A stretch of 64,000 nt of DNA from an uncultured Holophaga sp. (GTDB lineage: Bacteria > Acidobacteriota > Holophagae > Holophagales > Holophagaceae): positions 2,112,001-2,176,000 of the forward strand of contig OY761614.1 of NCBI GenBank assembly GCA_963664825.1, written 5' to 3'. The notes under the pieces are model-generated. The model searched no databases and had not been told where the DNA came from. It saw nothing but the letters and a program-made list of their open reading frames with translations. Shown one piece after another: positions 46,908-56,239 of this stretch. How positions within the stretch are numbered: position 1 is the first letter of the stretch; each line of letters begins with the position of its first letter. A program made the position numbers and the translations under genes.

Positions 46908-48080
46908 ATGATGCATCAGCGGCCTAGGCTGTTTGCGCTCTCCGTATTGACCTGTTTTGCCCTCGGCCTCTCGGCCCAGGAGCCGCAGCCTGCCCCGGAA
47001 CCAGGGGTCGGCGAAGTCCAAAAAGTGGCTGCTCATTTCTCCAAGTGGGACTTTCCCAAGGAAGTGACCGTTCCCACCGGCAGCCAACTCTATCTGGTTG
47101 TGAAGGGCGATACCCTCTGGGACCTGGGACAGAGTTTCCTGGGAAATCCCTTTGCCTGGCCCCAGATCTGGGAACAGAACAAGTGGGTCAAGGATCCGCA
47201 CTGGATTTACCCTGGCGATCCTTTGATCATCCCCGTGGCCAAGCAGACCGTGGCAGGCCCCGGATCGCCGGCCCAGGCGTCCTCCGAGGTCGCCGGTCTC
47301 AGGCCCGACCGCACCATGGCCCACAAGCCCATCCAGGAGGAGTACGGGTTCACCTTCCAGGATTTCATCCAGTTGCCGTACCTGGTTCCTGCGGGTGCCG
47401 AGGCCCACTTCAAGGAAATCGGTGCCTTCACCATCACGGAGCGGCGGGAAGAGATCCGCAGCTTCCTGGGGGATGGAGAGACGGTCTATCTCGCTGGCGG
47501 AGCGGATCGCGGCGTAAAAGTCGGGGACCGCATGGTCATCCTGAAGGTGTCGAGTCGGAAGCTCCGGCATCCCGAACCGAAGACCCATCGGAAGCCCCTC
47601 GGGGATGTGGTTCAGCAGATCGGTGTCCTCCGCATCACCACGGTGAATCCGGCCGGTTCCATCGCCGTGATCGAACGTTGCATGGATGCGGTGGAGGTGG
47701 GCTTCCACGCGGCACCCTTCGTTGAGCCCGCTAATATGGTCGCCAAGCTTCGCGCCGATATCACGGGTCCAGTCGCCCTTCAGGAGCCCACGGCCAGGAT
47801 CGTGTTCGCCCGGGAGAACCACCAGGAAACGGCCAATGGGGAGATGATCATCATCGATCAGGGCTCCAAGGACGGGCTCAAGGTGGGGGATGTGCTCATG
47901 GCCGCCCGCGTTCGTGTGTGGCCCGCCAACGAGGCCCGGAAGGCCAAGGAACGGGTCACCGAGAAGACCACCTATTATGTCGGCCAGGTCTTGGTGGTGC
48001 GTGTGGACGAGGCCAGCGCCACGTGCCGGGTTCTGCGCGCCAAGGAAGAATTGCACGGAGGCGATATCCTTACCCGCTAG
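46908..48080 (+). CDS. LysM peptidoglycan-binding protein (TsaP-like architecture)
   Basis: YLVVKGDTLWDL...WPQIWEQN..VKDPHWIYPGD. Confidence 0.88.
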   Translation: MMHQRPRLFALSVLTCFALGLSAQEPQPAPEPGVGEVQKVAAHFSKWDFPKEVTVPTGSQLYLVVKGDTLWDLGQSFLGNPFAWPQIWEQNKWVKDPHWIYPGDPLIIPVAKQTVAGPGSPAQASSEVAGLRPDRTMAHKPIQEEYGFTFQDFIQLPYLVPAGAEAHFKEIGAFTITERREEIRSFLGDGETVYLAGGADRGVKVGDRMVILKVSSRKLRHPEPKTHRKPLGDVVQQIGVLRITTVNPAGSIAVIERCMDAVEVGFHAAPFVEPANMVAKLRADITGPVALQEPTARIVFARENHQETANGEMIIIDQGSKDGLKVGDVLMAARVRVWPANEARKAKERVTEKTTYYVGQVLVVRVDEASATCRVLRAKEELHGGDILTR

Positions 48081-48102
48081 GGTGCAGAATCTGTCGATTC
48101 AG

Positions 48103-48131
48103 GAAACCGGTCCTCTCAGAGGGCCGGTTTC
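48103..48131. terminator. Hairpin between convergent genes
   Basis: gaaaccggtcctc-tca-gagggccggtttc. Confidence 0.55.
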
Positions 48132-48703
48132 TGTGTCAGGCGGAGGATGACGCGCTCTCCTCGGGTGGGGAGGCCATAGGGGTGGACCTCCAGATCCCAG
48201 CCAGGAGGGCAAGGATCACTGCGCCAGCTCTCGCCCTTGGGGAGGAGGAGGGGCGCTCCGGGCTTCCCATGCTGGGTCCACCACCCCGTAAGCAGTTCGA
48301 GGCTTCCCACGGCCTTGGCCGTGCCGAGATCGGCCGACAGGGGAGGGAGTTCCTCTGCCCGGGCTGCCACCAGCAATAGATTGACCAGGCCCAGTTCCAG
48401 CCCCACCTGCCGGACGAAGGCCACCTTCTTCCTGGATTTGTCCACGGCTCGGATCCTCAGGTCGGGTCGCGCCATGGCGAGCACCAGGGCCGGGATCCCC
48501 ATACCGGTCCCGAAGTCCGCCACCTGGGCCCCGGAAGGCAGCCCGGAAAGCAAGGGCAGGAGGGCACAGGCGTCCAGGATCAGTTCCTCGAAACGGGCTT
48601 CGGGGGGCAGTGCCGTAAGGGCATGGGTGCCATTCCATTGGTTTAGGAGCTCGAGGAATCGAGGGGCCAGTGCCTGGACGGCCGGGGGGACGAAGGGTTC
48701 CAT
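48116..48703 (-). CDS. rsmG: 16S rRNA m7G527 methyltransferase
   Basis: LNQWN..HALT, DFGTGMGIPAL, KKVAF, RAEE, PKG. Confidence 0.88.
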   Translation of the reverse strand: MEPFVPPAVQALAPRFLELLNQWNGTHALTALPPEARFEELILDACALLPLLSGLPSGAQVADFGTGMGIPALVLAMARPDLRIRAVDKSRKKVAFVRQVGLELGLVNLLLVAARAEELPPLSADLGTAKAVGSLELLTGWWTQHGKPGAPLLLPKGESWRSDPCPPGWDLEVHPYGLPTRGERVILRLTQKPAL

Positions 48704-48857
48704 ACCTTGAAAATACTCTGATTTTTGGGCCAGGCCGAGCCTGTCCATGCACCTTGGGTTCCGGATGCTGGGATGCAAGACGGAATTCGGAGCCTTTCCT
48801 GCCTTTGTAATGTGCTGATATCTACCATGGTATGGGGAGGAAATAGCCCTTACGCCA

Positions 48858-48886
48858 TTGACAAATAGAATGGTTATGCGAATATT
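48858..48886 (+). promoter_or_regulatory. Sigma70-like promoter for ybeY
   Basis: TTGACA-N17-AATATT in an AT-rich intergenic region. Confidence 0.45.
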
Positions 48887-48921
48887 TTTAAAGCTGAGAA
48901 TAGCCAATTAGTGGACCTGCC

Positions 48922-49665
48922 ATGAGCAATACTCCTGCCCCCCTTAAAGTCGACTGGTCATCCCGGAGCAAGCTGCGTGGGCCCGGCGATCGCTCCCTCG
49001 GGGAACTCCTCCAGAAACTGCGGGACAGGCTGGCCCCGGAGGCCGAGGGGCTTTCCATTTCGTATGTGGACGATCGAATCATGCGCAAGCTCAACCGGGA
49101 GCATCGCGGGATCAACCAGACCACCGATGTGCTCAGCTTCCCCTCGGAGGTGGAAAAAGGGGCCTTCCCCCATCTGGGGGATCTTGTCATCAGCCTTGCC
49201 ACGGCGGAGAAGATGGCCAAGAAACTGGGTGTCAGTCGTCGGCGCGAGGTGGAGACCCTGGTGATTCACGGTTTCCTGCACTTGTGCGGGCAGGATCACG
49301 AGAAGGACAAGGGCGAAATGATTGCCCTCCAGTCCCAGTTGGAAAAGGAGTTTCTGGGGGAAGAACCTCTCGCCATGAGCCTCAAGCGAGGCCGGAAGCC
49401 GGGGAGCAAGGTGAAGGTGCTCAAGGATGGCACCCGGATGGTGGTGACCGGTCGGGCCGCCCAGGCCCTGCAGGACAAGCCCAAGCTCAAGAAGGCCAAG
49501 CCGCTGAAGCGCGCGGTCAAGGCCAAGGTTTCCGATCCATCCAAGCCCAAACGTGGGCCTGGCCGTCCCCGTAAGGTGCCGGTCGAAGGCGCTCCGGTGG
49601 CGGCCAAGCGCATCGCCCGGCGCAAGCGGGCCGTTCCCAAACCCCGCAGCGGTGTGATCGGCTGA
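48922..49665 (+). CDS. ybeY: rRNA maturation RNase YbeY with basic AT-hook C-terminal extension
   Basis: LNREHRG..TDVLSF, LGDLVIS, HGFLHLCGQDH; tail KRGRKPGSK and KRGPGRPRK. Confidence 0.9.
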   Translation: MSNTPAPLKVDWSSRSKLRGPGDRSLGELLQKLRDRLAPEAEGLSISYVDDRIMRKLNREHRGINQTTDVLSFPSEVEKGAFPHLGDLVISLATAEKMAKKLGVSRRREVETLVIHGFLHLCGQDHEKDKGEMIALQSQLEKEFLGEEPLAMSLKRGRKPGSKVKVLKDGTRMVVTGRAAQALQDKPKLKKAKPLKRAVKAKVSDPSKPKRGPGRPRKVPVEGAPVAAKRIARRKRAVPKPRSGVIG

Positions 49666-49738
49666 ATGGAACGTAGATCAAGACTCGGTCCAGGGGTACC
49701 ATAACCCCTTGGCCTTCGGGCCGTCCCCGGGAGAACGT

Positions 49739-50458
49739 GTGATCAATCTACTCTTGGGCCTGGGCGCCGCCATTGTCCTGGTCCTGTTATTCAGCCTCCT
49801 CAAGATAAGCCTCTGGCTGAGCATTCCCCTCGGCTTGTTGGCTGGCGGGGCTCTCTTCGTCTGGCTAGGGCGGAAGGTCCAGGCCGAGTTGGAGAAGATC
49901 TTCAACCGGGCCGGGGAGCTGATGAAGAAGCAGCACTTCGACGCCGCCATTCAGGTGATGAAGGAAGGCTACAAGCTGGGGCCCCGCCAGTTCCTGGTGA
50001 AGGGCTCCATCGATGGCCAGATCGGCGTCGTGCAGTACCTGCGCAAGAAGAACGAGGAGGCTGAACCGCTGCTCAAATCCGCCTCCATGCAGCACTACGT
50101 GGCCAAGGCCATGCTCGCCATCCTCCAGTGGAAGCGGGGCGAGAAGAAAAAGGCCAAGCAGACCTTCGAACTGGCCCTCAAGGCCGGCAAGAAGGAAAGC
50201 CTGCTCTATGGTGTCTACGCCTATGCCCTCAACGAGATGAAGGAGCGGGACGCCGCCATCGAGGTCCTCAACCGCGGTCTCAAGGTCTGTCAGGGCGACG
50301 AGCGGCTGCTCACCAATCGAAGCCTCCTGCAGAACGCCAAGCCCATGAAGATGAAAATCTTCGGCGAGCAGTGGTACCAGTTCATGCTTGAGCGTCCCAT
50401 CCTTCGCCAGGAACCACCTCCCTTCGCCCGAGTTTCCAAGCGCACTCTTCGGGGCTGA
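49739..50458 (+). CDS. Membrane-anchored TPR protein
   Basis: Two N-terminal TMs, helical repeats. Confidence 0.75.
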   Translation: MINLLLGLGAAIVLVLLFSLLKISLWLSIPLGLLAGGALFVWLGRKVQAELEKIFNRAGELMKKQHFDAAIQVMKEGYKLGPRQFLVKGSIDGQIGVVQYLRKKNEEAEPLLKSASMQHYVAKAMLAILQWKRGEKKKAKQTFELALKAGKKESLLYGVYAYALNEMKERDAAIEVLNRGLKVCQGDERLLTNRSLLQNAKPMKMKIFGEQWYQFMLERPILRQEPPPFARVSKRTLRG

Positions 50459-50508
50459 TACTTTTCCGCTAGAACAGCCACCCTCATTCTTGATTACTGG
50501 AGTCACCC

Positions 50509-51240
50509 ATGTCCGGCCACAGCAAATGGTCCACCATCAAGCACAAGAAGGGGGCCGCCGACGCTAAGCGCGGCAAGGCCTTCACCAAGATCCTCAAGGA
50601 GATCACCGTGGGTGCTCGCCTGGGCGGCGGCGACGTGAACGCCAATCCTCGCCTGCGCCTCGCGGTGGATATGGCCAAGGCCGCTAATATGCCCAAGGAA
50701 AACTGGGAACGGGCCATCAAAAAGGGCACAGGTGAACTTGACGGCGTGACCTACGAGGAAGTGACCTATGAGGCCTATGGCCCGGGGGGCGCCGCCATCA
50801 TCGTCGAGGCCATGACCGATAACAAGAACCGCACCACCCCTGAGATCCGCAGCTACTTCTCCAAGTTCGGCGGCGATCTGGGGGCCGTGGGCAGCGTTTC
50901 CTACCTCTTCACCCGCCAGGGCCAGATCGTGGTCGAAGGCGAAATTTCTGAAGACAAGATCATGGAAGTGGCCTTGGAGGCCGGGGCCGATGATGTCATC
51001 CAGGACGAGGACGTCTGGATCATCAAGACCACGCCCGATTCCTATCAGGTCGTGAAGGACGCCGTGGACGCCGCCAAACTGCCCGTCCTTGAGGCCAAGA
51101 TCATCAATGCCGCCAGCACCAGCGTCGAGATGGATCCCGGGAAGCTGAAGAGTTTCCTCAAGCTCATCGACCTCCTGGAGGACAACGACGATGTGCAGAA
51201 CGTCTGGCACAATGCCGAATACGACGAACCGGAAGATTAG
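50509..51240 (+). CDS. yebC: YebC/PmpR-family protein
   Basis: MSGHSKWSTIKHKK, YEAYGPGG, TDNKNRT, LEDNDDVQNVWHN. Confidence 0.96.
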   Translation: MSGHSKWSTIKHKKGAADAKRGKAFTKILKEITVGARLGGGDVNANPRLRLAVDMAKAANMPKENWERAIKKGTGELDGVTYEEVTYEAYGPGGAAIIVEAMTDNKNRTTPEIRSYFSKFGGDLGAVGSVSYLFTRQGQIVVEGEISEDKIMEVALEAGADDVIQDEDVWIIKTTPDSYQVVKDAVDAAKLPVLEAKIINAASTSVEMDPGKLKSFLKLIDLLEDNDDVQNVWHNAEYDEPED

Positions 51241-51252
51241 TCTTCCCTTATC

Positions 51253-51290
51253 CACAGAAATGCCCGGCGAATTCGCCGGGCATTTCTGTG
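51253..51290. terminator. Perfect 38-bp palindrome between convergent genes
   Basis: cacagaaatgcccggcgaattcgccgggcatttctgtg. Confidence 0.75.
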
Positions 51291-51303
51291 AAAAGTCGGG
51301 GCT

Positions 51304-53406
51304 TCAGATCCGTCTTAGCCGCAGGGCGTTGATTACTACCGTAAGCGAACTGAGTCCCATGGCCGCGCTGGCGAGCATGGGACCGCCCACTTTTTCCAGC
51401 AGGCCGAAGGCCGCAAGGGGCACGAGGAGCAGGTTGTAGCCGAAGGCCCAGGCTAGGTTCTGGCGCACCACGGTGCGGGTGCGCCTCGCCAGTCGGTGGG
51501 CGCGCACCAGCGGCTCCAGGCCATCCCGCAGCAAGTTGAGGGGTGCGGCCACCTGGGTGGCTTCCAGGCCCGGCAGGGCGATGCCGGCATCGGCCTGGGC
51601 CAGGGCCGGGGCATCGTTGACGCCATCGCCCACGAAGGCTACAACAGCGCCCGCCTTCTGCAGCTCCTGGATGCGGGAGCACTTGGCTTCGGGTGTGCAG
51701 CCGCCGCGCGCTTCCGGGATGCCGAGGCTGCGGCCCAGTTCCTCCGCCACTTCGGGGCGGTCGCCGCTCAAGAGATGGAGCCGGAGGCCTGTCAAACGCA
51801 GCGCCTTCAAGACCGCGCGCGTCTCCGGGCGCTCCCGGTCCGCCAGCAGGATCACACCCTGGAGCGCCTGATCGTCCGCGAGGCCGACCACGGTGGTGCC
51901 CGCGGGGCTCGTGGGAGAGGCGAAGCCCAGCCACCCTGGATTGCCCAGACGCAGGCGCGTGCCATGGATGGTGGCCTCCACGCCCCCTCCCGGGTGGGCC
52001 TTGAAATTCTCCACCGCGGGCAGTTTCAGGTCCTTGGCCGCTTCCAGGATGCCTCTGGCGATGGGGTGCTCGGAATGCCCTTCCAGGGCCGCCGCCAGGC
52101 GCAGCACCTCGGAGGAGAGCCCGGTTTCCAGGGGCAGCACATCCACCACGGCGGGCCTTCCTTGGGTCAGGGTGCCCGTCTTGTCGAAGACCAGATCTGT
52201 GACGCAGGCTAGGCGTTCCATGGCGGAGGCTTCCCGCACCAGCAGGCCATTGCGTGCTGCTGTGCCCAGGGAGGCCGCCATGGCCACGGGAGTCGCCAGG
52301 CCCAGGGCGCAGGGGCAGGCGATGACCAGGACCGTCACCGCTGGGCGCCAAGCCACAGCGAAGCTGCCGCCGTGGATCCACCAACCCACCAGGGTGAATA
52401 GGGCCAGCACCAGGATGCCCGGTACAAAGACTGCCGAGATGCGGTCGGCCAGGGCCTGCACGGGGGCACGGCTGCCCTGGGCCTGTTCCACTTGGCTGGC
52501 TAAGCGGGCCAGCCAGGTGTCCCGCCCGGCCCCCTCCATCCGGATATCCAGGCTGCCTCCGTGGACCACGGCTCCGGCGATCACGCGGTCGCCCGGCCCC
52601 TTGGCAATGGGCATAGGTTCGCCGGTGAGCAGGGCCTCGGCCACGTCGGCCCGACCCTCCAGCACCGTGCCATCCACGGGGATGGCGCCGCCGGGCTTCA
52701 CCCGGACCCGGTCCCCGGGGTTGAGGAACTGGGTCAGGACGATCTCCTCGCCCTTATTCCTGATGCGCAGCGCCACGGGGGGAGCCAGGGCCAGCATGGC
52801 TTCCAGGGCATTGGTGGCCCTGTGCTTGGCCTTGGCCTCGAGATACTTCCCGATGAGGAGGAAGGCCACCAGCGCCGCCGCAGTCTCGAAGGGGGGGTGG
52901 GGCTTGTCCTGGATGCCCTCGACGAGGGCGAAGGTCCAGGCGATGCCTGCGCCCAGGGCCACCAGGGTATCCATGGTGGTCTCGAAGAGCAGCAGCTGCT
53001 TGATGGCGTTTTCAAAGAAGCGGCGCCCCGTGGCGAAGACCACCAGTGCCGAGAGCAGGGCCTGGACCATCCAGGGCAGATGGAAGTGCAGGCCGGGCAC
53101 CATGCCTACCATGAGCGGCAGTGTGAGGATCCAGGCCGCGATCACGCGAAAGAGGGCGAGCCGGGAGGCGGCCTCTTCTTCCAGGGCGAGTTCCAGGCTC
53201 TCGGTGGTCACCAGGCGGTAGCCCCGTTCCCGGAGGGCCTGGGCCAGAGGCTCTTCGGAAATGCCTTCATAGGTGATGGTGGCTTCTTCGGTGGCCAGGT
53301 TCACCACGGCGCTGGAAACTCCGGAAACGGCCGTCAGGGCCTTCTCCACGCGCCGCACACAGCTCGCACAGGTCATGCCCTCGACTTTGAACGTCTTCAC
53401 GGCCAT
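51304..53406 (-). CDS. copA: Cu(I)-translocating P1B-type ATPase
   Basis: GMTCASC, CPCALGLATP, DKTGT, SEHP, GDGVND, YN and MxxSS motifs. Confidence 0.93.
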   Translation of the reverse strand: MAVKTFKVEGMTCASCVRRVEKALTAVSGVSSAVVNLATEEATITYEGISEEPLAQALRERGYRLVTTESLELALEEEAASRLALFRVIAAWILTLPLMVGMVPGLHFHLPWMVQALLSALVVFATGRRFFENAIKQLLLFETTMDTLVALGAGIAWTFALVEGIQDKPHPPFETAAALVAFLLIGKYLEAKAKHRATNALEAMLALAPPVALRIRNKGEEIVLTQFLNPGDRVRVKPGGAIPVDGTVLEGRADVAEALLTGEPMPIAKGPGDRVIAGAVVHGGSLDIRMEGAGRDTWLARLASQVEQAQGSRAPVQALADRISAVFVPGILVLALFTLVGWWIHGGSFAVAWRPAVTVLVIACPCALGLATPVAMAASLGTAARNGLLVREASAMERLACVTDLVFDKTGTLTQGRPAVVDVLPLETGLSSEVLRLAAALEGHSEHPIARGILEAAKDLKLPAVENFKAHPGGGVEATIHGTRLRLGNPGWLGFASPTSPAGTTVVGLADDQALQGVILLADRERPETRAVLKALRLTGLRLHLLSGDRPEVAEELGRSLGIPEARGGCTPEAKCSRIQELQKAGAVVAFVGDGVNDAPALAQADAGIALPGLEATQVAAPLNLLRDGLEPLVRAHRLARRTRTVVRQNLAWAFGYNLLLVPLAAFGLLEKVGGPMLASAAMGLSSLTVVINALRLRRI

Positions 53407-53496
53407 GGGGCCTCCCGCTTCTTAGGCTAATTCAGGAGCCCCACCGGTACCTCCAGGAATCGATCGGAATCACGGGTGCTTTGCCTTCCGCGGGGC

Positions 53497-53694
53497 TCAG
53501 TTCAGCTGGGCCGTATAGCCTTCGGCTTCCACGGCCTTGATCAGTGCGCTCATCTGGGCGCTGCCTTCGATCTGGGCCTCTCCTGCCTGGAGATCCACCT
53601 CCACGGAGGTGACACCGGCCACGGCCCCGAGGGCCTGTTTGACGTGCATGACGCAGTGGCCGCAGGTCATGCCTTCGATTTTCAATGTGACCAT
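53497..53694 (-). CDS. copZ: Copper chaperone (HMA domain)
   Basis: MVTLKIEGMTCGHC...AEGY. Confidence 0.9.
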   Translation of the reverse strand: MVTLKIEGMTCGHCVMHVKQALGAVAGVTSVEVDLQAGEAQIEGSAQMSALIKAVEAEGYTAQLN

Positions 53695-53818
53695 GACATC
53701 CTCGGCAATTCCGCTGCCCCTTGTGGGCGCATGATAAGCATAGAACCCTCTTCGAAGGCATCCACGGGGAACTCGCAGGCCTGCCTTCTGGGGCGCAGTG
53801 CCCTCGCTGGATAAGCCC

Positions 53819-54631
53819 ATGGACCCTGATCTCTCCCGCATCGTGCGCCTTCTGGAAAGGGCCCAGGCCCTGCAGAGCCGGTCCTTCCTGCTTGCCGTTC
53901 AGCGTCGGCATCCGGAGGGCCCGGCCCGAGCCCTGATGGGTCGCTGGGGTTTTGCCCAGTGCTTTGCCGAGGGGCATTTTCTCAATCAAGCCCTGGCGCT
54001 CGGCCTGAATGGCCCGCTATCTTCGCGTCAGCTAGATCGAATCGAAGCGCTACTGGGTATGGGGGGGCATCCGGTCGTGCTTGAACTGGCGCCCACCGCC
54101 GATTCCGGCCTGAATGCCCTGCTGGCCGAACGGGGTTACCGCATCCAGGCCTTCCAGCAGGTGCTTCAGCGGGGGCTGAAAGCTCGGGAAGCGTTACCGG
54201 CGCCCACTTGGGATGGCCGAGTATCTGTGCGCGGCATTGGCCCCGAGGAAATGGACCTCTGGTGCCGGGTCGTGCAGGCGGGCTTCCAGGATTCGGATGA
54301 ACTGGAACCTGCCGAGGCCACGGCTTCCGGCTTCAGCGCGGAAGCCGAAGGCAATCATTTCTTCCTAGCCATGGTGGATGACCATCCGGCGGGGGCGGCC
54401 GTGCTCGGGTGTTTCAAGGGGGTGGGCGTGTGCTCTGGAACGAGCGTGCTGCCGGCCTTTCGGGGTCTTGGGGTCCAGAGGGCCCTCCTGGCGGCTCGTT
54501 TGGAAGCCGCCAAAGGAAAACGCTGCCGATGGGCCTGTGCCGCCGTGCTCCCCGGGGCGGCCTCCCAGGCCAACTTGGAACGATGCGGTTTCCGCGTGGC
54601 CTACCCGAAGCTCGAAATGACGCGGTCTTGA
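53819..54631 (+). CDS. GNAT-family acetyltransferase
   Basis: VLPAFRGLGVQRALL, SQANLERCGF. Confidence 0.87.
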   Translation: MDPDLSRIVRLLERAQALQSRSFLLAVQRRHPEGPARALMGRWGFAQCFAEGHFLNQALALGLNGPLSSRQLDRIEALLGMGGHPVVLELAPTADSGLNALLAERGYRIQAFQQVLQRGLKAREALPAPTWDGRVSVRGIGPEEMDLWCRVVQAGFQDSDELEPAEATASGFSAEAEGNHFFLAMVDDHPAGAAVLGCFKGVGVCSGTSVLPAFRGLGVQRALLAARLEAAKGKRCRWACAAVLPGAASQANLERCGFRVAYPKLEMTRS

Positions 54632-54687
54632 GCCCCATTTCGACGCTAGACGAGCCTGGGGTGCGACAATTGCTCCCGGAGTCATCC

Positions 54688-55758
54688 ATGGCACGGGAAC
54701 AGGCTGAAATTCTCATCATCGGAGGCGGCATCGCGGGGCTCTCCACGGCCTTCCATCTGGCCCAGGCCGGTCAGAAGGGCGTGCTGCTGCTGGACCGGGA
54801 AGACCAGCCGGGCTTCTACGCCAGCGGCCACAACGCCGGTGTGGGGCGCCAACTCACGGGCCGCCCTGAGCACACGGCCCTTGCCGTGGAGGGCTCCCGG
54901 CGCCTTCATGAGGCGGGCCTCATCGATGCTCGGGGCGGTCTGCTCCTCGGGGCCGAAGGGGGAGGAACGGATGCTCTCGCCGCCGAGGCCGCGCATTTCG
55001 AACTGCCGGTAATGCGCGGCGCCGGAGCCGTGCTGCCTGGGCTCCTGGCCGTGGAGCATCTGGCCATAGCCTCCGATGGGGTCATCGATACGGACCGGCT
55101 GTTGAACTACTGCGCCGAGGGCGCCCGGGCCGGGGGAGCGAGGCTCCACTTTGGTTGGGAGGTACGGGGCATCCAGGTTTCCGGCGATGGATTCGATGTC
55201 CAAACCGATCAGGGCCTGGTTCACACCCACATGCTGGTTAATGCCGCGGGAGCCTGGTGCGGCGAAGTGGGGCGCTGGGCCGGTGGCCTCGATCTCGCCT
55301 TCGATGCGCCGCGCCGCCATCTGGTCTGGAGCAACGCGCCCTATCCCGTCGATCAGCCCTGGGCCTGGTGGGCGGATCGCCCGTTCTACGTGAGGCCCGA
55401 ATCCGGCGGACTGCTCCTATGCGCCTGCGAGGAACAGGCAACGCCGCTGCCGCCCCGCCATGTCCAGCCCGAGAACGACGCAGGTATCCTGGAGAACCTG
55501 TTCGGGAGCCTGCGCGAACTGGCCCCCACCTTCGCGGATCTGCCCATCGCGCGCCTCTGGTGCGGCCTGCGCACCTTCGCGCCGGACCGCCGTTTCGTCC
55601 TGGGTCCCGACCCGATCCAGCCGAATCTCTTCTGGGTCGCCGGTCTCGGAGGCCACGGCATGACCTCGGGCCTGGCCGTGGGTGCCTTGGCGGCCCGGGT
55701 GGTGCTGGGCAAGGCTTCGACCGGCATCCTGGATCCCGGGAGACTGCGCAGCCTCTGA
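54688..55758 (+). CDS. FAD-dependent oxidoreductase (DAO family)
   Basis: IIGGGIAG, ASGHNAG, VNAAGAW, GLGGHG. Confidence 0.9.
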   Translation: MAREQAEILIIGGGIAGLSTAFHLAQAGQKGVLLLDREDQPGFYASGHNAGVGRQLTGRPEHTALAVEGSRRLHEAGLIDARGGLLLGAEGGGTDALAAEAAHFELPVMRGAGAVLPGLLAVEHLAIASDGVIDTDRLLNYCAEGARAGGARLHFGWEVRGIQVSGDGFDVQTDQGLVHTHMLVNAAGAWCGEVGRWAGGLDLAFDAPRRHLVWSNAPYPVDQPWAWWADRPFYVRPESGGLLLCACEEQATPLPPRHVQPENDAGILENLFGSLRELAPTFADLPIARLWCGLRTFAPDRRFVLGPDPIQPNLFWVAGLGGHGMTSGLAVGALAARVVLGKASTGILDPGRLRSL

Positions 55759-55764
55759 GCTCTT

Positions 55765-56238
55765 CTACTCGATCACGCAGAGCAGCTGACGCATCTCGAC
55801 GTTCTCGCCCTGCTTGACGCTCAGCTGCCGGAGGGTGCCTGTCATCTTGGCGTGGATATCGTTCTGCATCTTCATGGCCTCCAGGATGAGGATGGTTTCG
55901 CCCACGTCGACGTGTTCACCCTCCTGCTTGAGGATCTTGATGATGAGGCCCGGCATGATGGCCGTCACGGCACCTGCAGCCTCGACGCTCGCGACCTTGT
56001 GGCTCTTCGAAGGGCCCTTGGATTCTTTCAGTCCCTTCGCTTCGAAGCTGTAGGCGATGCCATCCACTTCGGCAGAGGCGTTCGAGAGCTTCACCGGGTG
56101 GGGGGTGCCGCTGATGATGGGCTGGCCATCCTTCATGGAACAAGTGAATTCCACGCCGTTGACGACCAGCAGGTCGCCCCGGCGCTCGATCTCGTAGGGC
56201 GCGCCCTCCAGCATCAGCGTGAACTTGTTGTTGGCCAT
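55765..56238 (-). CDS. Biotin carboxyl carrier protein (1.3S-like)
   Basis: MPG...LEAMKMQNDI. Confidence 0.92.
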   Translation of the reverse strand: MANNKFTLMLEGAPYEIERRGDLLVVNGVEFTCSMKDGQPIISGTPHPVKLSNASAEVDGIAYSFEAKGLKESKGPSKSHKVASVEAAGAVTAIMPGLIIKILKQEGEHVDVGETILILEAMKMQNDIHAKMTGTLRQLSVKQGENVEMRQLLCVIE

Positions 56239-56239
56239 G

